Source: a virus. Taken from it: a stretch of 16,701 nucleotides of DNA. The position numbers and the translations under genes are program-made. Under the pieces are notes generated by a model that saw nothing but the letters and a program-made list of their open reading frames with translations, did no database searches and was not told where the DNA came from. Location: UHGV virus genome UHGV-1600828; one strand, written 5' to 3'. Positions within the stretch are counted from its first letter, which is position 1. Each line of letters begins with the position of its first letter. Below are positions 9,857-16,701 of the stretch, piece after piece.

Positions 9857-10189
9857 TACCAGCCCTTAGCGAAAAACGCACCACCTTCAAGACCATAATT
9901 GCAGTGAGCTATGAAGCCGGTAGTGCTCCAGTTGGTCGCCCCCCACATATTCCCGCCCCCGAAACCACCATCGCACACAATTACAATGCCCGGTGTCTGT
10001 GTAAATGGAATCGGGAATGAAACATTGGCGGATACAGGCCCGTGTTCACCAGGAAAACTAATTCGTCCCCACTGTTCAATTGAACCATCTGGCATTTTTC
10101 GCCAGCCTGAACCTGATGCATATGATGACATATCAGGTATCTGATTTTCCCCTGTTCCCACATTCCGTTTTGCCGCTTCTCCCAAACCA
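9856..10189 (-). CDS. Alternative tail fibre variable C-terminal segment (promoterless and startless; expressed only after inversion)
   Basis: Minus-strand frame reads …[19 protein letters not shown]… through the right crossover site. The GLGE junction matches the + strand fibre at the left site. The ORF-track start at 10230 lies outside the segment and is probably not used. Confidence 0.65.
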
Positions 10190-10202
10190 ACGTTTATGAA
10201 AA
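10177..10202 (-). other. Right invertase crossover site (inverted partner of 8304-8329)
   Basis: Plus strand TTCTCCCAAACC-AA-CGTTTATGAAAA. Its reverse complement shares GGTTTGGGAGAA with the left site. About 55 bp upstream of the invertase start. Confidence 0.6.
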
Positions 10203-10256
10203 TGCAGAAATAACGAGCAAATGGCATCATTCCTGCTTTTGTCAGGGAGATCCACC

Positions 10257-10811
10257 ATGCTTATTGGCTATGTACGCGTATCAACAAATGACCAGAACAC
10301 CGATCTACAACGTAATGCGTTGAACTGTGTAGGATGTGAACTGATTTTTGAAGACAAGATAAGCGGTACGAAGTCCGAAAGGCCCGGACTGAAAAAACTG
10401 CTCAGGACATTATCGGCAGGTGACACTCTGGTTGTCTGGAAGCTGGACAGGTTAGGGCGCAGTATGCGGCATCTTGTTACGCTGATAGAAGAGTTGCGCC
10501 AGCGTGGCGTGAATTTCCGAAGCCTGACTGACAGTATTGATACCAGTACCCCAATGGGCCGTTTCTTTTTTCATGTCATGGGTGCCCTGGCTGAAATGGA
10601 ACGAGAACTGATTGTTGAACGAACAAAAGCTGGACTGGAAGCTGCTCGCGCACAGGGACGAATTGGTGGACGTCGTCCCAAACTTACACCAGAACAATGG
10701 GCGCAGGCCGGGCGATTAATTGCATCAGGCGTTCCTCGCCAGAAGGTGGCGATCATCTATGATGTTGGTATATCGACACTGTATAAGAAGTTTCCGGTCG
10801 GAGATAAATGA
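10257..10811 (+). CDS. Site-specific DNA invertase, serine recombinase of the Hin/Gin/Pin/Cin family, 184 aa
   Basis: ATG at 10257 preceded by GGGAGA. N-terminus [18 protein letters not shown] with catalytic Ser in VRVSTNDQ, and a C-terminal helix-turn-helix region (…GRRPKLT…STLYKK…) match recalled Gin/Hin sequences. ORF-track start at 10221 adds 12 unlikely residues. Confidence 0.9.
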   Translation: MLIGYVRVSTNDQNTDLQRNALNCVGCELIFEDKISGTKSERPGLKKLLRTLSAGDTLVVWKLDRLGRSMRHLVTLIEELRQRGVNFRSLTDSIDTSTPMGRFFFHVMGALAEMERELIVERTKAGLEAARAQGRIGGRRPKLTPEQWAQAGRLIASGVPRQKVAIIYDVGISTLYKKFPVGDK

Positions 10812-10850
10812 AACCGTAGCACGTCGTATGCAAGAAGATCGTGCTGCGGT
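10793..10850 (+). repeat. Imperfect direct repeat copy 1 (invertase 3' end plus downstream hairpin)
   Basis: …CCGGTCGG…GAAACCGTAGCACGTCGTATGCAAGAAGATCGTGCTGCGG. Contains a dyad CCGTAGCACG / CGTGCTGCGG. Similar to 11820-11870 at roughly 80% by eye, with indels. Confidence 0.55.
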
Positions 10851-10871
10851 TTATGCTTATCACTTAAAGAC

Positions 10872-11741
<870 letters not shown>

Positions 11742-11819
11742 CTAACCCTTTGAATTTACATAGCGCAAAAAGATACCTTTCCTCATAATGTGAGCTAATT
11801 TTATGTTTCGTTTGATGAT

Positions 11820-11870
11820 CGGGTCGGTCTCGAAACCCGTAGCCACGTCATATGCAAGAACGTGCTACGA
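11820..11870 (+). repeat. Imperfect direct repeat copy 2 (partner of 10793-10850), upstream of the GIY-YIG gene
   Basis: …CGGGTCGG…GAAACCCGTAGCCACGTCATATGCAAGAACGTGCTACGA, with the same dyad and central TATGCAAGAA as copy 1. Confidence 0.55.
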
Positions 11871-12083
11871 CTGGCTGGTGAACTTCCGATAGTGCGAGTA
11901 TTGAATGATTTCCAACTGTTATCGATTTTGCGTATTTTTTGCATGAGAGGATTTTTACCTCCTCCCACCGATCCTCCATGGCTTTACGCCAGTGTCTCTG
12001 GTCTGCTATGTGCCAAAAGTAGACATTGCTGACATAAAATATATGATTTGACCAACTACAACCGAAGAATAGTCCAATACATC

Positions 12084-12112
12084 TTGGGTCTACATCCAAC
12101 TAGTTATAGAAT
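12084..12112 (+). promoter_or_regulatory. Candidate promoter for the 12150 gene (TTGGGT -17 nt- TAGAAT)
   Basis: -35-like TTGGGT at 12084-12089 and -10-like TAGAAT at 12107-12112. Pattern match only. Confidence 0.25.
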
Positions 12113-12149
12113 CCCGAGTATACATGTTAGTTTTGGACATTCTAATCAC

Positions 12150-12569
12150 ATGAAATATTGCTACCTGATAATTTTAAGCTTGACTATTTCTTCTGCTCAG
12201 GCTGAGACATTTCCCGCCAAGCTAACCTGTAATACGGGTGAACAAATTACTCTTAAAGTTACTGGTCCAGAGCAGCGACTGATCTACACTTCTTCACTCT
12301 ATGGAACATTCCATGGATATCTCGATGTATTTAAAGGGTTATCACCTGAGCGTCAATATGAGGTACTTGCCAATATTCATGGAATAGCTCGATATAGGGA
12401 CAGCCCGTTACATTTTACTCTCCTAATGAAACGAACCAATGGTGAGATGGATAATGGCTCAATTATCTATCGATATACCTACCTGAAAGACGAGCAACTG
12501 ATTGATGAAGAAGGACATTGCAGTCCGATAAAAGATGGCGGATTTATTGAGGGGAGCAAAAGTTACTAA
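12150..12569 (+). CDS. Small secreted/periplasmic protein of unknown function, 139 aa with predicted signal peptide
   Basis: ORF-track start at 12048 is a TTG. First ATG at 12150 gives MKYCYLIILSLTISSAQA|ETFP…, a typical Sec signal peptide with an AQA cleavage motif. Two Cys in the mature part. No strong SD. Confidence 0.5.
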   Translation: MKYCYLIILSLTISSAQAETFPAKLTCNTGEQITLKVTGPEQRLIYTSSLYGTFHGYLDVFKGLSPERQYEVLANIHGIARYRDSPLHFTLLMKRTNGEMDNGSIIYRYTYLKDEQLIDEEGHCSPIKDGGFIEGSKSY

Positions 12570-12884
12570 GGCCAAGCGTATAGTTATCGGTATGCTTACC
12601 GTTTGCAGACCCCACGGCGCTCAGGCAGCCCGCTCCGTGCCAATAGCAGGCATTACTATGGTCTGTTCCGTAACAGTCATTTTTACCAAAGTATATGGTT
12701 AGAACTATGCCGAAAATGCCCTCATACCATAATTAGAACTAACAATTAATTTTTTAAATTAAAATAGTTTAAAGAGTCATTTTTAATCACTTATTTATCG
12801 TGCTTATAGCTCGAAAGATACACCTTATCATCATCCCCTGTTACAATGTAGGGAGTAGGTCAATAAGATTAGAAGGAGATTTAA

Positions 12885-14351
12885 GTGAAAAAAATCAGTG
12901 ACGAACAAATTAATATCGAGGCTCAATCAGGATATAGACCATGGACTATAGATTCTGGTATCGGATTGCTTCCCTTTTCAGAATTAGGTGATCGAGAATT
13001 TGAGTTGCTATGTTATTTGTTAGTAAAGAACGAAATTGAAGATGGAAAGCATAAAAATATATCCTCAATATCTTTAATGCAAGGAGTTTCTGAAAGAGGA
13101 CGCGACTGCGTGCTATACCATAACGGTGTTGTAAGTGGTTTAATACAATGTAAAAAAATGCAAGGTAGAATAACTAGACCGCAAGCATTAAGAGAAATAA
13201 TTAAATTTTTATTGTTTTCCATTATTGATAATAGTTTGCTTCCCGCTCCTGATTGTTTCGAATATAAGTTGTATGTATCAAATGACATCGCTGAAACTAC
13301 AAACTCACTAATTCATTCTTACTCAACCGAAGTTGAGGTGGAAATAAAGTCTGATACTATCAGTAAGTATATAAAAGATGTTGTATCTGAATACGAGTCA
13401 TTCAAAATTTTTGAAAACAGCCTACCAATTAGTAAAGTTATTGATCTTTTGAGACGGATAAATGTAACCGCATCAAATGCAACAGATTTAACCTTGCGAG
13501 TTCATAAGTATGATTCATTGTTATCATTGTTTTTTAATGTAAAAACTGTAATCGACTTAGAATCTGCAGATAAAGTTATACGTAACGCGCTTGATGACTA
13601 TGGTTTAAAATACTTGACCGATGAAGACTTAAAACAACTTCAAATTCGCATTTCAAATACTAAAGAAGAAAATCGAATAAATTTAGGTTTTGTGGATTTC
13701 TTTGGTTATAACAAAGAGTTTTTTAAATCCTTGAAAGGCGAGCCATTTAAACAAGTGATAGAAGCGGTTGCGTCGGTAACATTATCATTAGATAAGTATT
13801 TAATGGAATTCATAAATAGTAAAATCAATGAGCTAGTTTTTGAAAACGTCACAATAAAATTATTAAATCCAGGGAGGATTCACCCTTTCAGTGTGGGCGT
13901 GGTGGCACCTTACCTATTTCAGAGACTGTCCATTAAAGTCGTCTCAAGAAAGTTGCCAACAGAGTTAGTCACCAAATTTTATGAACAAGCATCTCTGTCC
14001 AAAAAGGAATTAATCGACTCGATAGCAATACAGCTCTTTGAAACAAGCGAAAGAGTTATGAAAGGAGATTTCAGTCAGTTAGTGGGAAATCCAGAAGACA
14101 TACAGTTTAAAAAGAGAATATTCACTCATATACATAATGGATTCAACAGTATAGAAGATGCAAAAACTACTTTTTCTCGAGACATCCAGATTATAATGCC
14201 AACATTAGATTTTATAGAAGAAAAAATAGGTGAGCTATTACAAGAAGAGCGTACTGTGGTAATAAAAGACGCCTCTTTTTTGGATAATGATGATGAGATT
14301 AAGAAAATAGCAAAAACGCTGAGTATGATCGAACCCAATCCAGGCGCATAG
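12885..14351 (+). CDS. 488-aa protein: N-terminal Mrr/restriction-endonuclease-like (PD-(D/E)xK-type) motif plus large uncharacterised C-terminal domain; candidate defence protein
   Basis: GTG start at 12885 with AAGGAGA RBS 6 nt upstream. N-terminal …REFELLCYLL…GVSERGRDCVL…GLIQCKKM… resembles the recalled Mrr-catalytic pattern (E … D … QxK). Remaining ~380 aa are Lys/Glu/Ile-rich with no motif recognised. Confidence 0.7.
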   Translation: MKKISDEQINIEAQSGYRPWTIDSGIGLLPFSELGDREFELLCYLLVKNEIEDGKHKNISSISLMQGVSERGRDCVLYHNGVVSGLIQCKKMQGRITRPQALREIIKFLLFSIIDNSLLPAPDCFEYKLYVSNDIAETTNSLIHSYSTEVEVEIKSDTISKYIKDVVSEYESFKIFENSLPISKVIDLLRRINVTASNATDLTLRVHKYDSLLSLFFNVKTVIDLESADKVIRNALDDYGLKYLTDEDLKQLQIRISNTKEENRINLGFVDFFGYNKEFFKSLKGEPFKQVIEAVASVTLSLDKYLMEFINSKINELVFENVTIKLLNPGRIHPFSVGVVAPYLFQRLSIKVVSRKLPTELVTKFYEQASLSKKELIDSIAIQLFETSERVMKGDFSQLVGNPEDIQFKKRIFTHIHNGFNSIEDAKTTFSRDIQIIMPTLDFIEEKIGELLQEERTVVIKDASFLDNDDEIKKIAKTLSMIEPNPGA

Positions 14352-14387
14352 AATAACTGTAGTTTTGGTATTTTTATTTTTAGTAGC

Positions 14388-14413
14388 TGTGTTAGTGTAA
14401 TTGCACTAACACA
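14388..14413. repeat. Perfect 10-bp-stem inverted repeat (CTGTGTTAGTG-taattg-CACTAACACA)
   Basis: Stem 14388-14397 pairs with 14404-14413 around a 6-nt loop. Not followed by a U-run on either strand, so not a canonical intrinsic terminator. Confidence 0.5.
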
Positions 14414-14417
14414 CTCC

Positions 14418-14470
14418 TTGAGCTGCTCCCCGTTGCTTAGGACACTTCAATGTTAGTCATGAAGTAGTGA
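14418..14470 (+). repeat. ~50-bp imperfect direct repeat, copy A (partner at 16647-16701)
   Basis: TTGAGCTGCTCCCCGTTGCTTAGGACACTTCAATGTTAGTCATG… aligns with TTGACCTGCTCCCCGTTGATTAGTACACCCCGATGTTAGTAATG… at the window end, roughly 80% identical by eye. Confidence 0.6.
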
Positions 14471-14745
14471 ACTTCCGCTCATCGCTCATAACAGACATAA
14501 ACTTCAGTTATGGCATAAAGGTATGCATGCTGGGTGGGGAAAGTATGAAGGAAAAGAAGACTGCTGCGCCGTTTGTCGTCACGTTTATCTTCATTGGCTA
14601 TGCAAGTCGTAATACAAGGTGGGACAAAACTGAGACACATAAGGCCTCGCAATGGCTTGCAAGGCTTTACATGTTTTGATGTGGTGGGACGTGTGAGCGC
14701 AGTGTTGATGGGGTAATGCTTTGAATTAGAAGTGGATTCTTATAA

Positions 14746-14790
14746 TTCGTAATGCGAAGGTCGTAGGTTCGACTCCTATTATCGGCACCA
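14746..14790 (+). other. 3' fragment (~45 nt) of tRNA-Thr(CGU) (thrW-like); likely prophage att junction (attR-type remnant)
   Basis: TTCGTAATGCGAAGGTCGTAGGTTCGACTCCTATTATCGGCACCA: anticodon-loop remnant reading CGT, T-arm GTAGG-TTCGACT-CCTAT, 3' acceptor strand TATCGGC, discriminator A and CCA. Upstream sequence cannot form the 5' acceptor, D-arm or anticodon stem, so it is not an intact tRNA. Matches the recalled E. coli thrW 3' end. Confidence 0.7.
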
Positions 14791-15254
14791 TCTTTTCTCG
14801 TAAAATCATCAAGTTACTATTGCAGTATTTTGCTTTGTTCAACACTAATGTGCAATTTTGCGCGTTGTAGGTGTGGCAAAATTGTGGCAAAGCTAATTGG
14901 TCAGCATTTGCATCATTACGCTAAACAAACTACTTCCTTATAAACGTAATGTGTTGACCTTATCGATGCGTTGCATGAAAGACAGTTTAGTGATGAAAAA
15001 TCTTATAAATTAACAGCTTAAATACATTATCCGATAGAGCTAAGTGCCAGAAAGGGACACTCAGGTTACATAACAATGAGTGATACAGTTCACGTAGTGA
15101 AGGTACTATGCCTAGGTGTTTGATTACACTTTGATCATTGATGATACGCTCATGAAGGTATTACTTTCCTGTAATGAGCAGGTAGGTAACGATGTCGAAC
15201 TAAATGAATTTATAGTAAACTTTGCAACAAGAGAACAAGGGAGTATGAGGGGTT

Positions 15255-16241
15255 ATGGCTACTGCAGAGCAGATCAAAGCTTTATTGAAAAGCCACGTTG
15301 ATCGTGATGATCAGCGTTTCTTTTCTATTGCTTTGCAGGTGGCAGCTAAGGAAGCAAGGCAAGGTCATCATAAGCTTGCTAATGATATAAAAAACTTAGT
15401 TGATAAAAATCAGAAAACAACGAGTTCTGTAGGTTTAGTTGAAAAACGACTTACACCATTTGTTAAGCAGCCTGATGGTGATCTTAAGGGGTTACTTGAG
15501 CAAACGAACAAGCCAGTACATCTTCAAGATCTGGTGATTTCTGGAAGCGTTAGGGAAAGATTGAATCAGGTTCTGCTTGAACAAAAACAGAAAGATAAAC
15601 TTTCTGAGTTTGGGCTTATTCCAAGAAGAAAAATTCTTTTCACTGGTCCTCCCGGTACTGGTAAGACAATGTCCGCATCAGTCATTGCTACAGAGTTAAA
15701 GCTACCACTTTATACAGTCGTCTTAGATAATCTAATCACTCGCTATATGGGTGAAACTGCAGCTAAGCTGCGTTTAATTTTTGACCACATACGGCAAACA
15801 AGAGCTGTATATTTTTTTGACGAGTTCGATGCTATAGGAACTCAGCGTGGCGCTCAGAATGACGTTGGAGAAATTCGTAGGGTCTTAAATTCTTTTTTAA
15901 TGTTTGTAGAGCAGGATGATTCTGAGAGCATAGTTTTAGCTGCAACCAATCATCCAGAGCTTTTAGATCGCGCCTTATATAGACGATTTGACGATATTAT
16001 ACCGTTCACAAGGCCTGAGGATAATCTAATCAGGAATCTTATTGAACAGAGACTCGCTGTCTTTGACCTCGGTAATTTATTTTGGAGTGAGATCATTGAT
16101 AGTGCTTCAGGTCTAAGTGCAGCGGAGATCACGCGAGCAAGTGAAGATGCTGCCAAAGAATCAGTGCTTTATAATGCAAACAATATTACAACCGATTTGT
16201 TAGTAAAGGCTATAAAGCGTAGGCAAGAAAGTAGACAATAA
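15255..16241 (+). CDS. Classic-clade AAA+ ATPase, 328 aa
   Basis: Walker A GPPGTGKT, Walker B VYFFDEFD, sensor-1/second region of homology LAATNHPELLDRALYRRFD with an Arg-finger-like RR. ~120-aa N-terminal non-ATPase region. GAGGGG RBS-like upstream. Confidence 0.8.
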   Translation: MATAEQIKALLKSHVDRDDQRFFSIALQVAAKEARQGHHKLANDIKNLVDKNQKTTSSVGLVEKRLTPFVKQPDGDLKGLLEQTNKPVHLQDLVISGSVRERLNQVLLEQKQKDKLSEFGLIPRRKILFTGPPGTGKTMSASVIATELKLPLYTVVLDNLITRYMGETAAKLRLIFDHIRQTRAVYFFDEFDAIGTQRGAQNDVGEIRRVLNSFLMFVEQDDSESIVLAATNHPELLDRALYRRFDDIIPFTRPEDNLIRNLIEQRLAVFDLGNLFWSEIIDSASGLSAAEITRASEDAAKESVLYNANNITTDLLVKAIKRRQESRQ

Positions 16242-16249
16242 GGGATGAA

Positions 16250-16669
16250 ATGACTACCAACAAGAGGCATATTTTATTAAACGGCTATGTTTCCCCCGAA
16301 AACTATCGCTCTAGGAGCAATGGTCGTAGTCCCCAAGTCCCAGCTCGTGATCGAGCGGTACATGGTATATCATTACTAAATCAGTATAGCCGTATATTGA
16401 ATCATTATGATGAAAGACCGAGGCTTCCCCCTGTTACTGATGAAAAAGGGATTTATGTTAGGCTAATCAGTTTTGAACAATGCGATCTTCCTATAGATAA
16501 AATCGATAATACTTATTTCAAGCTTTGTTCTTTAGTTAAATCAAATAATCGTGAAACTGCGATTATATACATTAATGAAAATGACAGAACTAAATTCACT
16601 AAAAAAATAAATGACTATTTGAATCCATCGAAGGATGGTATCGAGTTTGACCTGCTCCCCGTTGATTAG
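16250..16669 (+). CDS. Hypothetical protein, 139 aa, co-operonic with the AAA+ ATPase
   Basis: ATG 8 nt after the ATPase stop with AAGGGA RBS, suggesting co-transcription and coupling. No recognisable motif. Its 3' end lies inside repeat copy B. Confidence 0.6.
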   Translation: MTTNKRHILLNGYVSPENYRSRSNGRSPQVPARDRAVHGISLLNQYSRILNHYDERPRLPPVTDEKGIYVRLISFEQCDLPIDKIDNTYFKLCSLVKSNNRETAIIYINENDRTKFTKKINDYLNPSKDGIEFDLLPVD

Positions 16670-16701
16670 TACACCCCGATGTTAGTAATGTCTTCATAAG
16701 C
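16647..16701 (+). repeat. ~50-bp imperfect direct repeat, copy B (partner at 14418-14470), truncated by the window edge
   Basis: Overlaps the last codons and stop of the 139-aa gene (…FDLLPVD*). Aligns with copy A. Confidence 0.6.

Larger units (their letters stand above)
8317..10189. other. Invertible DNA segment (Mu G-segment / e14 P-segment-like), ~1.87 kb
   Basis: Bounded by inverted 26-bp sites sharing GGTTTGGGAGAAG. Contains a fibre C-terminus plus assembly gene on the + strand and a promoterless alternative pair on the - strand. Invertase gene is immediately adjacent. Confidence 0.65.

Noticed and set aside
9911-10144. Plus-strand ORF 9911..10144 and minus-strand ORF 9981..10190
   Set aside because: Both lie within or opposite the alternative fibre C-terminal coding segment. 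The minus-strand frame ending at 9856 is the one that joins in frame at the crossover site.
10221-10256. Upstream extension of the invertase to the ATG at 10221
   Set aside because: The conserved serine-recombinase N-terminus MLIGYVRVS begins at 10257 and has a GGGAGA RBS. The extension overlaps the right crossover site.
11848-12099. Minus-strand ORF of 83 aa in the divergent intergenic region
   Set aside because: No RBS. It overlaps the probable promoter regions and repeat copy 2, so it is likely non-coding.
12048-12149. N-terminal extension of the secreted-protein ORF from 12048
   Set aside because: Starts at a TTG and would bury the signal peptide internally. The ATG at 12150 gives a canonical signal peptide.
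12885-14351. Calling the 488-aa protein a CBASS Cap4 or Lamassu LmuA effector
   Set aside because: The nuclease-plus-sensor architecture is suggestive, but no cyclase, SMC-like ATPase or other partner gene is present in the window and the C-terminal domain was not recognised. Left as a hypothesis only.
14467-14679. 70-aa ORF between repeat A and the tRNA fragment
   Set aside because: No convincing RBS and lies in the att-proximal non-coding stretch. A small RNA or regulatory role for this region cannot be excluded.
14718-14790. An intact tRNA gene
   Set aside because: Only the 3' ~45 nt fold as tRNA. The upstream sequence cannot form the acceptor 5' strand, D-arm or anticodon stem.
15116-15301. 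61-aa ORF overlapping the AAA+ ATPase start
   Set aside because: Out of frame with, and overlapping, a well-supported gene.

Overview
The window has two parts. Positions ~1-10811 (+ strand, GC-rich) are the distal tail/baseplate module of a Mu-like/e14-like prophage: a tail assembly chaperone with a -1 frameshift site, tape measure protein, DNA-circularization protein, baseplate hub, spike, wedge proteins, tail fibre, tail-fibre assembly protein, a silent inverted alternative fibre/assembly cassette and a Hin/Gin/Pin-family DNA invertase. An AT-rich moron with its own promoter-like and terminator-like signals is inserted between the tape measure and DNA-circularization genes. Positions ~10812-16701 are visibly AT-richer accessory DNA (composition judged by eye): a GIY-YIG-motif protein on the minus strand flanked by imperfect direct repeats copied from the invertase 3' end, a small signal-peptide protein, a 488-aa protein with an N-terminal Mrr/restriction-endonuclease-like motif, a 3' fragment of tRNA-Thr(CGU) that looks like the prophage att junction, and beyond it a two-gene operon of a classic AAA+ ATPase plus a 139-aa unknown protein. 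The best candidates for an undescribed system are the 488-aa Mrr-like protein and the AAA+ ATPase/139-aa pair; neither can be assigned to a named family from sequence reading alone. All family assignments rest on recalled motifs and gene order, not on database searches.
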